A DNA stretch of 64,000 nt from Enoplolaimus lenunculus (lineage: Eukaryota), in NCBI GenBank assembly GCA_030248215.1, contig JASANG010001329.1:186001-250000 (forward strand), written 5' to 3'. A program made the translations under genes and the position numbers. Numbering within the stretch: position 1 is the stretch's first letter; each line of letters opens with the position of its first letter. This document shows positions 14,160 to 28,700 of this stretch, piece by piece. The notes below the pieces were generated by a model, which was not told the DNA's origin, searched no databases, and worked only from the letters and a program-made list of their open reading frames with translations.

Positions 14160-14635
14160 AAAAAGCAATCGCGCGCAGCGCATCACACAATTTTCATGTT
14201 TTGCATTTTGGGATCTGTTTCCTGCCGTCGTCCTAGCAGCGTAGACGTCTGAAACGTATTACCCATTCCTATTTGACTTAGACTTTGTAAAACTGAAAAC
14301 GTGTTTTTTAAACCTTGAAATAAGAGTACATACAATTATTTCATCAGCATTTACAACTGAACACAGTCGACATGCGTAGTATGGAAGGGCGGAGGGTCTG
14401 GATGGTCTTGACCACCGCTATCCATGAACCAAGATACATTTTGCGACTGTTGCCAAAGTGATTTACTGGTTTATCGAGTGTTCAAATCATCCATTCTAAC
14501 GCACGCAAAACTTAAATTTCTTAGTACAACGAATTAAGTTTTAAATTGTTCCATGTTTTTTACTGCAATTCCTTTTGGTTACCTATACGCCTGCCAATTG
14601 AAATCACTGTACATCGTTCACATTAAAAGATTTCA

Positions 14636-14880
14636 CACTGTAAATTCCTGTTAATTTTAACTCAGTATGAATTGAATTGGCTCAAAAGTCTCAGCTCTGA
14701 ATTAAGTGTTTCAGAACTAGGAATTCTGAATTGTTTGAACTCATTCTAAGTTAATTAACTCAACCGAAATTAAATCTGCTCCGAGCGAGTTTATGTTTCT
14801 TGTTATTAACTTAGAAAAATAACCAGAAATGGCTAATTCGCTCTCTGACCTAATTAATTAAATCATTTGAAATTACAGTG
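14636..14880. mobile_element. CACTA/EnSpm-like MITE
   Basis: Ends CACTGTAAATT / AATTACAGTG with 2-bp TSD CA. Confidence 0.6.
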
Positions 14881-17574
14881 CATTTTGCCACCAGAAATGC
14901 TATAAGGTGGGTGGCCCTAACGCAGTCGTTGCCAAACGGTGGTTGGTACAGAGTTTGGGTACCATTACCGTTAGAAAGTTTTACTTACCTGACACCAAAA
15001 GCGCTTTAGGACCGCAGCCTGTCAAACTTAATTGACAGAATCGTTTTTATTTGTGGTTTTATCAAATCAAAAATCCAACAGGTTCCAAAGGGAATTTCGG
15101 CACCTTTTAAATTTGCAACGATTTTTGCGTCATTGAACTAATATATACTTATATCAATTATCTTGTCACTCTACGCGTTCTGTTTGATTTGAATTAGTTT
15201 TAACTGTAAAGCACTGATTGGTTTTTGTATTCGACACTTGCGCTATATATGTTTACAACTGTAGTACCAGTTACTGATATATATACGTATATATACATAT
15301 ATATATCTATATATCAAACCGAAGTTAAAAGTGCGGAAAAATTTGTAATTTTGTCTATTTCAAAATACTAAAGCCAAACCCAGTTTTAGTACTAATTCTT
15401 ATCCAATATTTTGGTTTTGATAGCTGTTATGTGCAATTAAATTGCTGGCGCCCGTTTGCATCCGCAAGCGTTCCGAAAGTTCATCTAAATAATACCAACC
15501 ATTTTTGGATCAGAGAACGTCGCTCTAAAGTATTTATTTTTTTAGTTTCGCCATCATGGAATCAATGATAATTTTGTCGTTTTAGTTATATGGAAAAGGT
15601 TTCACAGATTGTTTTTCTAGTTTGAGTGTAATTGAATAAAAACTCGAAAATGTTCGCCATAAAAATCCAACGTTTGTTCAGTTGTTTATCTTATCGTTTA
15701 ATTCAAACCCGGGTTAACTATTTATCAATTCAGATCTAAGTGGTTTCTTAACAAATGCAAGGCGTATTTGGAGTCATTTTAGTTCACCGTCGAAAGGCAA
15801 ACAGTACATAATGCGGCTAAATTGATTTCTTAATATTGTCGGACCTGCATAGGCAGCTGACAATTGTTTCTGGTTGTGATCAAAAATAAAGAGAAACCAG
15901 CAGCAGGAAGGTGCTGGGGGGTTGCCGGATTTAACCTCCAAAATTTTTTCATCCAACAATTTTCGTTAGGATCTTTAGGTTTTAGAGATCTACAGCCTGT
16001 TCATAAAGCGTTTACTTGAAAACTATTTCAGCTCACTTTTGACAAGACTCATCATACCGGAATCGAAACGGTAATTGAGTTGAAACGCAAGCCGGTGGCA
16101 AGTTGGCCTTAAGTTAAAAGCGAAAACTGTTAATTGAAACAAAGTCGATGCTATAGTTTAAATTAAAGGCAAAAAGCTTTGTTATTTGATTAACAATTTT
16201 AAACTAAGTTTGAATCGGATTGCCGTTGTTTAGATTAATCTCTTCCGTTCTATTTTCAACCACCTCAAAGTGAAATATCTACGACAACTTAAGATATAGA
16301 TGAATTTGTAACTGAATTATTTTTACAAATTTTGTAAAGATTTGTCTTGCGTTGTTCGATAACAAACATGCAGCCAGTGGTTGATCCAAAACGGCCCCAA
16401 ACCAAGCTTTTGTCGCATGATTTAGCACTAAAATATCGTGTGGCTTTACGCTCGCTGTTCTCTCGAGCTTGTTGCTCACTTTTATCTATCGCACGATCTT
16501 AGTTCAAATATTCCGGATCCGCTTTGTAGACAGGATTTTCAAAAATTGTTTTATTGCCGGATTTATTTTCTCGCTTGTGTGACAACTAACCCAAGCAGTA
16601 TCTTTAGCAATTTAAATTTAAAAGCATGGGCATTGTCCACTACTTTAAGTTATACAACAGAATCTTCTATTTGAAAAAAGTTCAATTTGAACAAGATTAG
16701 CATAGACAACAGTGAAAGAGTGTAAATTTTGAAGAGGCTTAAAAGTAAACAAATCACTTTTGCTGACAATAGCGGATCCACAAACTTCTAACGAGGGGAC
16801 ATTGCGGGAAACATATAATATTGAAAAAGACAAACAAACAAGAAACCAATTCCAATTTGAATGCTAAATCTTAAGGCAAAATTTTGGTTTTGATCCCTGC
16901 TAGCGGTTACGGCTTGGAGACCCTGTTAAATGTACCAGTGTGCGCCGATGCACCGCTGCGCAACTGCTCGCTAAATCTGTAAAATGTTTTTAAGCTCGAA
17001 AAAGGAATTTTTGCGTCGTTAATCCTGTACACGTATACTGGACTCTTTTGATTGCTGTATTCTTGAAAATTGCATTTTAAACGCTATCTTACAATGCTGT
17101 CAACTTGAAAGAAATACGTTCGAATTTAGAGTCTAAAGTTGCATCAAAGCGTCAAATAGTATTTTGAGATTATCAGTTTTTATGGTTCAGAAGCAGTTGC
17201 ATTCCATCATCGGCACTGGTTTTGCCAGGCTTTGATCCTATCTCTTTATTTTTTTACTTCAGGCTTAGGTCCAAAGTTTTCTTGCTGCGAGCGTGACCAG
17301 GGTCTGTATTCTTAAATATGTGTCAGGGGTAGCACCTATTACCAGTTGGTTGTACGTCTTGTCGCTTGAAGGCATTGAATGGTCAGCTTTGAAGATTGGC
17401 ATTAATTTTCATTAATGTATTCTGCTACTGTGAGCAATTTCAGTACCGTAGCTGTAACGGTTCAGTTGTAATATATCAATAGCCCTGCTATTAACCAGTG
17501 AGCTTAGCATCATTTTACGGTAACAAGCACCAGCTGACCAATAATTGTAATTTTACGATGCAACCTAGTGCTAG

Positions 17575-17794
17575 GGCCCATATTCTCAAATTTGTATAGC
17601 AATTATCATCAGTTAGTGATAGGTTTTCAAACTCACTAACCATTCCAGGTGTAGAACTCAAAATTGATACAGGAGTTGAGCAAACGTATCCGAAAAATGT
17701 GCTGAATTTTGAGACTTAGCATACACGGGTTCTAAAGGTACAGGACCTATCACCAATTGTTGATAGTTACTACACACATTTGAGAATACGGGCC
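17575..17794. mobile_element. PIF/Harbinger-like MITE
   Basis: ~50-bp imperfect TIRs GGCCCATATTCTCAAAT... / ...ATTTGAGAATACGGGCC; 3-bp TSD TAG. Confidence 0.75.
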
Positions 17795-19596
17795 TAGAAC
17801 TTAAACTTATTTATAATTTTTTGTTTCTTCTTAAAGCTTGTTTTATAAGTTTTAAAAGTTGCCTACGGTGACAAATTTTCGCAAAATTTGCATTTTTAAT
17901 ACTTAAATATACGTATATATTTGCTTTTTTGCTGTATTTTGACAAATTTTTGACGAAAAGTTAAACACCTAAACACTGGTTATGGTCGCTATTATTTTTA
18001 CACACCTCATTTATCTTTATTAATGTTATATTTGGTTAATATTTTTGCTTTTTCCGCTTCAAATCCGGTAACAGTGTTTATCAATTAAGTAACAGTAAGA
18101 TAACTTTTTATTTATTCGTTGTTGCTACAGTTATCTCAAATTTGGGAATAAACGTCGATATTCATAGCCAGACCAGAACTCATAAACTCAACTGAGTATA
18201 GCGTCAATGAATCAGCTGCTGATAGATATATTTTCTAGTTCAAATGTGATCATTCTAGGAGTAACATCTTACCCATGTCCCACTCAAGTTTAGAGTGATT
18301 TTAATTTTGCCGGCAAGATGATATTATTCGTGATTTTTCAACTTAGAATCTTTTTTTACTGTCGTGTAAGACGATAAAAGAGTGGTCGGCGGTGTAGAAT
18401 TTTACGAGGCATTAAAAATTGAATATAACTGAAACGAAAGTGAAACAGAAATTTTTTTGTTAAACTTTTGTTTAAATTTAATAATCTTATTGGACAGTTG
18501 TGATCGATCGTTTTTCGACTAACGAAATTTAATCGTTTTTCATTGGTCCGCTAGTGAGTGGTGATAGAGTTTTCTTTGCAATGGAATGACATTTTTGGAT
18601 TTGGCGTACCCTACCATTGCATTGAATATTACAATTTTTAGCTGTTGCTTTTTTAGTTTTGAAGGCCTATCGCTAAGGAATTGCGTACTATACATATATT
18701 ATTCAGTAGCTATAGTGATGACGCTGAGTTGCCACGATTATACACTAAAAACAGACTAAATTAGGTATATTAAGACTTAATATAGCCCTTTCAGAAGATT
18801 TGTTACACAAAGTGAGCTATTAGAAATATATTGGTTGCTATACTGAGTAGAATGTTATACAGTTTGCTTAAATTGGCAGCAAGGCAATTGTTTAGTCTGT
18901 CCCTCTTGTAAAATGAACAAAACATTCGCATACTTAGAAACCAACGCTGCCAGATTGGGTGCCCCAGGTCGCTTTGTAAACTGCCGCTTGCCGCCTATTC
19001 AGAAATATTAGTGATTAATTGATGTTTTACCACCAAAGTTGCGAAACGTTTCAGCGCAACTACAACTGTGTGATAAAGTAGTATTTAATAGTTTTACATT
19101 TTGGCCTAAATTAGTTTTATATATGTTTTGGTTGTTATATTTTTAGACTTTTAATATATTACATTTATGGATAAAAAGTACAGTAAAAGTTTTGAACGGT
19201 GTCTTTGACACTTCGCACCCCCCAGCCTGAAGTATACAACAACTAGCAGCGAATGACTCAGTGTGTTTAGACACTTTGTTAATTAATGCTACTTAAAGAG
19301 TAATAATTTAAAAATTAACTAAATTCAGCTTCAGATAGTCGTTATATTTACTCAAATCATTGTTTTTTAAAGAGTTAAATATTTATTCTGCTTAGTTTTA
19401 ACGATTTCAAGCTTAGATTGAACCAAATTCTATGTTAATTAAAGGGCAAAATTATTCGAAGACATGGAAAATCTATGGTTTGTACGATTATTGTAATGTG
19501 ATTTAATGAACGCAACAATTACTCAAATTAATCTGCTGTCAAATTTTTAAAACAACTGCGTTAATTGATGTGGACAAATAATTTTACAATTCGGAT

Positions 19597-19774
19597 ATGA
19601 GCAATTTCCGGACAACGAACCGGTTCCGGCGGATGGAGCCAAATGTTCAAAGGACATATGTGCCATCGATTACAGTAGTGAGGACACTGATATCAGCACT
19701 TATATTATGCCTTATGCAAACGCAAGCGAGCGGATGGTTTATGGGCCGAAGGCCGTATCAAGAAATCAATGCTG
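19597..19774 (+). CDS. Sema1a: Semaphorin exon 1 (signal peptide)
   Basis: ATG at 19597 (alternative ATG 19633); hydrophobic [18 protein letters not shown]; donor G|GTAAGT, phase 1, matches exon 2. Confidence 0.75.
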
Positions 19775-22700
19775 GTAAGTGTATTTTTAACATTTTATTT
19801 CGCAAACAATGTTGTATAATATTTCGTTGACAAATGTTTATTTTGGTTTGGTTTCATTTTTCCATTAATTTGCCAATGTTTTTAATTTGTTTTGTTTTAG
19901 ACAAAGACAAACCTACTGGCGTTATTCTATGAGTTGAGGGTTTTTTCTGCAGAGCTGAAAGTTTAAGCATAAATGACGGCATTTAATTAAAAATCTGTTT
20001 AGTTCGTTGTCCGGAGTTTTTTCCGTTTTGTGGCAAGGTTTTAATGGTACTGATAACTCACTGTTACGTTGCAATGGTTTTGGCTTCAACTATACCTCTA
20101 TTCAGTCTTCTACGTCCGCCACGCTAAGTGGAATCAATTTTACGCGTTCGGCGCAATTTGGGTCCACGTTGCCGACGGATATTTGGCTTCGCGCTCGCGT
20201 CATTTACGAGTTTTTCGCAATTATATATTGCGTGCTCGAGCTTCATTTGCGAGTTTTTCACTCTGTTTTTGGATCAGGTGCTGCCTTTCGTGATATCTTA
20301 CAAAGCTGTATTATCTTGTTGGTTATAAGGGGGCGTGTGATACGTCTGCCGCGGCACTATGGCATAGTGGCGGTTCTAAAGTCCAATATTTGGTAACTTT
20401 TGTGAAAATTGTTATTTTCGCGAGTGTCCTCAGTTTCAAAAGCAAAATTCTGGGGCTGCCAATTTAGGATTTCCCGCCAAGAAATGTTGGATTCGCTTCT
20501 GTTTTAAGAAGAAGAGGCCATCTTAAAGTTAGAAGGAAGCCTTAGTTTGACTAAACTTATCAACCATAGGAAATTACAGACTTGAAATGTTACGCCGCAT
20601 TTCAAACTCTGATTTTGTAGCCCAGCAACCAGTTTTCATTCTAAATTCGAGTTCACTCTTCATTCGATACGTAGTTTTCTTTATGTTTGCAACTCAAAAA
20701 CTAAAAAATCCACTCTCAAAAGGTTATAATTTTTGAATAATGAATGAATAAAAGATTATTAAATTTTTATGACCAACAAGAGAATTCACTACAATATCAC
20801 TTATTTGTAGTACTTGTGCGCGTTCGAGCAAACCACCATTAACGACGGTAGCAATATGAAGGCGGTAATGGGCGTCACAATTTGCTCAGAGTCAACTCCA
20901 CCCTGTTTTCCGACCTCGGTGCAGTTTTGTCCCAGTAGTACCATTATGATAGGTTATTATTTTAAAATTCTACCGTGGGATATCCCGATTCTGGGGTAAT
21001 AAATAATTCTACTATTCGCATCTACGTTTGGAATCAACAAATATTGCGGGTAGCAGTTTGCTCTGAGTTGATAGTGTTAGATTGGATGGTAGTACTTAGT
21101 TTATAGGAAAATGTGGAGAAAAATTATATATGTTGAAATATGCTTATAAAGACCCAAAGACACGAAATTGTATGGCGTATGCCAATGCAACGATAAATTA
21201 CACTCGACCTCTGTGCGCGTTTTTAAGTCGTAACCTAACGTGAAAAGTTTTGTTTGCGAACGATCGTAGCTTACCTAGAATACTGTTTACCTTACAATCC
21301 AGTAAGTTACTGTATTGACCCGAATAAGAAGGGGGGACTCATATTTATTTGGCCTCTCCAGAGGGTACCCCCCTTGTTATTCGGTTACGGACTGTTATTT
21401 ATTTTTAACCCACACTCCGCCGCCCTTCGTTACTGATATATATCCGGTACTGCAACTATCCGTTGAATTAAACGTATATTTGCCTCGTTTCAATAATTTG
21501 AGCGATAATAAAAGGTTATACTTAGGAATGTACTTTCAAAATTTAAGTACGCTTTAAGGTTTCGAACTCAAATTATTTGGTCCTGGAGTCATTTATGTGC
21601 TACAATTAGGGTTAATTGACATTTATCGACTCTAATTAGGGTTTAGGGACTCTATCCGCTTACGGACTCTTATTAGGGATACGGACACCTATTGATTCGG
21701 ACCAAACATGGGGACCCCCCTCTTATTACCGCCCTCGTATTCGGGTCAATACAGTACCCTAAAAAGCCTGTAGAAACGTCGTTTTTCCATGCTTTAACAG
21801 AAAGTTTAGTTAATTCATCTCCTATCCTACTTCGTATACACCGCTAAAGTTCACTAGCTGGCAAGCTAGCAATTGCAACTATTTCTTAGCTGAAGCTACG
21901 CTTTTGTAAAAAACCATTTTTCTCATCGTCTGAATTCGATATGCTGTCTGTGTCTGGTTGAAATTTTAGATATTTGAAAATGTTTCATTGAATAGTGTTT
22001 AAAATTCTCAATATAATTTAACAGTTGTATCCGTCAAAAAGTGCGTATGTTTTTCGCTCAATTTATACATTCAAAAATATGACCTCAAATTGATCAGTAT
22101 TGAATATTCGTTTCCGAAAGATATAAATGAGTAAAGTTAAAATTGCAGAAATAATAAGTTCATAACCGGTCGGTACTTGAAAAATTGTCAACGGCAAATG
22201 ACAAAAATTCTTCTAAATTCACTAAATAATTTCCCATCCCCGCGATCGACACTCAATTTGTGTGTTTTCCGGATATTTGAGAGTAGTCCGACAATTGCAG
22301 AGACGTACCCAGGAGTTCGAGGGGATATAGCGCGATGTAAAGGAAAACGATCTGGCGTCTAGGATCCAGAAAGTTATTTTAAAGCTTATTACAAAGGTTT
22401 TTCTTTTTTTCTATTCTGATATTTTGGATGAAAATTGGTCCCTTACTATGACTACCCTGATATATGCCCCACGGTAGTTGTTTCTCGTTATACTTGATCT
22501 AGTAACGTAAATTTTTTCTGTTTTCACAAACTCACCCGCTCACTAAAAACGAATGCTGAATTCTCTAGGGATTGGGCGAAGCCAGTTTTTTCACATCGTT
22601 TTTAAGACAAAATTTCGAAGAATATATACTTTTCTAAATAAGATTTAGTAAAGATTAATAGACACCAGACAAGGGCGTATACAAAGGAAAAGATATGGAA

Positions 22701-25700
22701 GATATATCACTCTTCGAAACTTCCTGAGATAATAAAAACGCACTTTTACTACCTTACAATAACCTGCTTTATCCAAGAATCTAAAAATTGTTAATTCTAA
22801 ATCAGGTTACTCTCTCCTGAAATGAGGTCCTCGCTACGTCCCTGAAGCACAAGGGTATGTACTTATACTGGAGGGCGAGATTCAGTCATGGGTACGTACG
22901 TACAAGAACATTGAATGGATTTGAGAACAGCAAATTTCTGGGGGCGGGGCAGTAAGCAAAGAAATGAGTTTAAAGAGGAATTTTAAATAGCTTAAGGTTC
23001 CAACCACCTTAATTGTGCAAAATCTTGTAGCTTTAGATATGTTTAATACAGAGAAAGATTATAATATTAAAAGGCTTAGGGGATATTAGATTTGTAGCAT
23101 TTGGGCAACGTGCGCAATTTTAAATCAGTTTACGAGCCAGAAACGGGTCAGCAAGTTCAAAAGATGTGGGTTCAAATTAAAATTTTAAAGTAAACTTTAC
23201 AGTCATTGTCTTCGTGAGTCAATTTTATCGCCAGATAACGTTCGTATCCACACCTTGATAGTGACGCATAAGTGAAAATGTCATTTATATTTTTAGTTTC
23301 AAGTTAAAATTTTGAATTGATTTTAAAAAGCAAAATATATTTCGTTTTGTTTTTCACACGGGCGTGTGAGTATTTTAGCCGCTAAGCTCCTTTCACACAA
23401 CATCAAAAAGAACTAATCGTCTGCAAAGCGTTTTCTACTCGTTGTCTTTGGTTTTTTTGTGTGATTTTTGATCTGTAAAAGAGTTCAATGATTTAAAATT
23501 GTTTTAATTTTTTTAAAAAAAACCTCGTCTATTTTTGTTAAATTTTTCACAAAATAAGCTCACAATCAAGAATTGTTAGTAGGGTCGGTGGGTTGATCAT
23601 ACAAAGGTGGCAAGGAAAAGTTTTTCTTGACATAGAATTCAGTGAATGTTTCCGGAAATATTTCGGCTAGGAGGGCAGAGCTCTTTCTCCGGTAAGTATA
23701 CCTCTTACCACCCATAATTGCAGCCCTGAGACATGACCGTCGCCTCCGCAGCAAGTCGTAAATCCCCAATTTGGTTACGTGGTTGTCAAGTGATGCAGAG
23801 TGTTTTTATTATAAATTCTTTTTGTCTAAAGATTTTAAGACTCTTAGCTTTTTATGGGAGATTGAAACTCTTGAAAAAATTAATTATTTTTCAAAATTTT
23901 AATTTTATAATAAGCAGGGACAGGCTACAAAATGTATTTTACTTTATTAAGGTATATATGTTATTTGCCAAACTGCTATTCATACCAAGCAAATTGCTAT
24001 TTTACATAACAGCAGTTCGGCCTATATGCTAAACTACTATTGACCTTACTGCCCAATCAGAATTTAAGCGATCTGTTGCACTGAGCGCCACTAAACACGA
24101 TTGGTTCTTTCTTTCGATAAACTCTGCCAATTGCTGTTAACCTTGGCCAAACGTTCAAAGTCTATTAAAACTATTTGGCGATATTTTAATTGTTGGCACA
24201 AAAGTTACCACGAGGGTTAACCTTGAAAGTATTTTCCTTAATAATCTGCGATAATTCGTTGCCCGACAACTTGTCGTCCAACAGTGAAATCTAATCTTAA
24301 TCCTATTTAAGCGAAATCCTAAGCCCAAGCTTAAGCTAAAACATAATGACGGTGAAGAATTGTCGAGTCGATGAAATTTCGTATTACAAGTTGTCCGACG
24401 ACGAATTGTCATGATACCGTGGGTAAACTAGCGTAACCCATGCATGAAGGTCTTTAAACAGTATTTACAACATTTTAACTTTTTATTTTTTTAAAATTGT
24501 GCTAAAAGTATTTTTGGGTTCGACGTAAAACCTGGCAATCATTTATAAATCTTCACACCTCAATAAGTTAGGTGTTGTTACACGCATAATTATATTTATT
24601 TGCACGATGCGTTAAATTATGTGAAAAAAGATGCAATCTTGCGTTGTGCGCCAAAAGAATACATCTGTTACAACCAAAAACATTTAGCTTACAATTTTTG
24701 CAACATCCGGTGCAAAAAATTAATTTGATCTTCAAACAGTGGATGGGATGTTTTAACATTTCAACGTTTTCGTTTAATCATGCCTTGGAAAGCTAATTGC
24801 AGTTTGCTAAAAAAGCTGATTGCAAAACGCTCATCACAGCGATGAGTAGTAGTGTAGAACCGATACTGTAAAATACTGATATACCGATAATTTTGTTGGC
24901 TCTTGTAGCCTTCCTTCACACGCTTATGGTTTGGCTTAGCGTCCGTGTTCACAAATGTATATAACACGTTTCACCTGATGGTAATAGAATTTGTATCTTT
25001 CAAACCAGTTGATGATGACGTCGACATTCAGTCCATTATTTTGATGTGCCCTATTCCGGTGCTAATTATAAGATCCCAAGCTGCAAGAAGTCGTCAGTAT
25101 AAAATCCTCTCGCTAACTGGTGATAAGTGTTATATAACTTGAGAGTATGATGTAAGAAACAGGATTACTTAATCCTGTGCCTATAAGTCCTAAGTTTGAA
25201 TGTGCGGAACAGGAAAGTGCGCAAGTGCCAATTTGTTTCATTCATTCACCATACGTACGTATGCCGCCAAGATATTCGCCCCGTTATACTGCCAATAGAT
25301 ACTTCAACTTCGTTTGCTGTTATTAGTGTTCAAGTATGATTTATATCGTTTTAGACGACTGCATTGAAAAAAGGTTTAAAGTTTTATAATCGTCAAGTCT
25401 ATAAAACATAACTTCTCATCAAGTGTATCATAAACTAGACGCGTTATAAAAGCTCATGATAGTAATCGCATCAGTATCGTTTAAGCACACTGCCTTCTCT
25501 AATAATAAGCGTCAAACATCATTAAAATCTAGCATTTATCGAACTGTGTTGAAAAATATATTATACCACGATATAAAATGCTACAAAATAATTTTTAGTT
25601 CTTTTGATTGGGAATGGCCTTAAGCCAAGTGCCGGAGCAGACCGGGGTGAGCGCTCCCCCCAAATATCAGGATGATGGTCCCCAAACTCAAAAGTGAAGC

Positions 25701-28700
25701 GAACGAGAAGCCAGACGCATTTTAGAACTTCGGCGGTTTTTTAAACCGGTTACGGGGGGCTCTTTAGGGGGTGGGGCCCCCGGAAATACAGGGTAGGGGG
25801 TGGCTGCTCCTCCCTACCTCACAACCCTTCCCCGGCTCCGCGCGTTGTACCTACATATGTACGTGTATATTACATTATATTTTATATATGTGTTATAAAA
25901 TGAAGAGGACACGATGTATTTTCTTCAAAAAGTAAAGGAACATAGTACCTCATATGTGAAGTACAATTTCAAGTACAGAACTGCAAGCAAAAACCATTTT
26001 TAAACCTTAGGCAATAGTTATAAAGTCCGCAAAAATGTCTTTTTCTCGTACGTCCTCGCATTGCAAAGAAATATTCACTCTGTATCGCCCCTGTGAACGC
26101 TGCTCTGTTCTCATAAATGAAGTTGGTCTATTAATTTTGACAAACTCTACAAGATTGTATCTAAAATACCAGCTGTTACTTTTGTCCGTTCGGCGTTCAA
26201 ATTTTAAGTAAGTAATAATGGTTTTTTGAGCACCAGAGTACGCGTAAGGTTCGATTGTGAAATAGAAATTTATCAAACATATGTGATATTTAGCGCATTT
26301 GCAAGAGTGAACTGAAGACAGGCCCAGGTTCTGGAAGCTGTTAGTGGAGTTAAACTAAAACATGTAACGATCACTAGCGTCAGGGCAATAGCCAGCGCAC
26401 CTTGCTAGGGGGAAGAGGCGGATCCAGAAATATCTGACGGGGATCGGGCTGGCAAATGTTATGAAACGCAAGAATTGTAAGGTAGGAACTTTATCATTTT
26501 ATTATCAAAAAATTCTCTGAGGGCAAAAAATTGTAAGGTAGGACCTTGCCATTTTGTCACAAAAAATTCTGAGGGAAAAATGTATTTTGTCCAAAAAATT
26601 TTGGAGGGGAAAATTGTAACGTAGGAACCTTACGATTTTATCACAAAGAAATTTCTGCCGAGGGGAGACGTACGCCCCCCTCCGCTGGATCTGCTAGTGC
26701 TAGGGGGGTTTAAACTTTTTAGCAGGGGCATATGCAAGGGTTTATGACGACTTACAAGCAAGGTTGACAATTTTCTTGGGGGGTGGGCAAACTTCGTCCA
26801 GCGAGACTGAGCTCCCGTTGGCTACGACCCGCCATTCGCCCTTTTTTAAAATTTTTCTAAATTGCACCTTATTTCACATTACAATGACCATTTATTCAAC
26901 AACTTTTAAGTTATTTATTTCGAGACCCGCGCCTATGTATCTTATTTGGAAAACTGATACGTAAGCTGAGTTAGAATCACAAGTTACTTATGAGCCAACT
27001 CAATATAGATGTACACGGAGTAGCCACAGCTGGCTTCCATGGCTTTTCAAATGGCTATGACCAAACTGCTTCGTGGCCAAACTCAAATACTTGCTAAGGC
27101 AAATTTACTCACACAGAAACAGTATATATTCGTGATTACTACTAAATGTTGTAACCCACCGCGAACCAAAATCCTCGTTAGTTCCAGCGTAATACTTAGG
27201 GTTACGCTATACTTATCTGTATTTCGCAGTGCCGCTCGGCGGTGCTTGACCCCGCCATGCGGCGCTGCATAGCACCATTTACCGCCGCACATCACCGGAC
27301 ACCGCCGTTCAATGTGGCGCGCGGCGGTTCCTTAAAAACTATTTTTTCACATGACACACAGCGAGTATAGCGGAACCCTTAGTGTATTTTTGAGACATAG
27401 ATACATACTACGTATTTTAGGTTAGATTTTATGTAATTTATCAGCAGTTCAGGGTAAACGTCAGGGAAGGGTGCGAGAATTGTATTTATTGCGGGCACCG
27501 GCTAGTTTGTTGCCAACATCTATCATTGGGTTCAGGCTTGCCACTCCTGTGAACATTAAGTTCAAAAATCAAATCATTTCTTCTCTGATTAAATGCACTA
27601 AATATGATCAGTTTCACTGCAAATGTTGTCATTTTTTGTTTTCTTCCTTTTAGCTGGCAAAGGCCGAAGATTTGGTAACGCAACGAGGAAAGATTATTTC
27701 AAGCTGCTCGATGCTGATGGAAGATATATTTTGGTTGGCGCAAGGTAAGCTTAATTGTTCAAAATGTCGGACTTCTCAGGACAGGCCCGTAGCCACCATA
27801 CCTTGCTCTAGAGCTACTTAAAAATTTTCAGAAGGGGCATACATGGGTTTTCGATGACTTACAAGCCAGGTTGAAAATTTTCTCGAATGGCCAAAAGTTT
27901 CAAAGAGGGCTGAGACCTACTTCTCCACCATTTGGCTACAGGACTGTCTCAGGATCGAGCCAACAGCTAAAGGGAAGTTTTGACCCGTCTGTTTCTGGAT
28001 TGGCGTTTGGCCAGGCTTCGGTCGTGCTTCTGATAATTATGTGAAGCAATTAAACAAAGCAATTTTTTATGCAATTATGTTTGATCGTATATTATTGAGA
28101 ATTAAATGAACATTATCTGCTTTTCACCCAGCTTGCGTTTGATCGCAAACCAAGGGCGGATCATAATCTAACCGGGCCCTAAAAGGCTGATTTGGCTTAC
28201 AGGCCTCGAAAAGGTTGATGATAAACATTGGTCAAAATTTTTTTCCTCCAGTCAAAATTAGTAACACTGATCACGGGGCATCTTGAAATCGTAGGTCCTG
28301 ATCCCGCGGCATACTGACCTCCATTATAGTCCGTTGCTGCCAGAAACAAGAAAAATGTATTTAATATTAAAGTTGAAAATATTGCAGCACGTTATACTTA
28401 GTTTTTTTTTGTTTTAGAAACACAGTATACAACATATCAGTCGAAGATTTTAGTGTCCAAAAGGTAAGCGTAAAATTTTTATGGGTATTTTTGAATTCGG
28501 TTCTTGTGACAATTCGAGAACCTTGTCGTTTATTGACTTCTTCAGCGCAGGTATGGAATTTGGACCGGCTAGGAACTTATTGAAAAGTATCTTATTCTAC
28601 AGATATCGATGCGTTGAGTTTACCTTTGCCAATTTTTTTTCATTTTCGCCGACTTCTTCAACCATATTACATCAATGAATGTTAAAACTATTTTTAATTT

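Noticed and set aside
20007..20396. 129-aa ORF in semaphorin intron 1
   Set aside because: Non-ATG start, no domain, and not needed for the exon 1 to exon 2 phase match.
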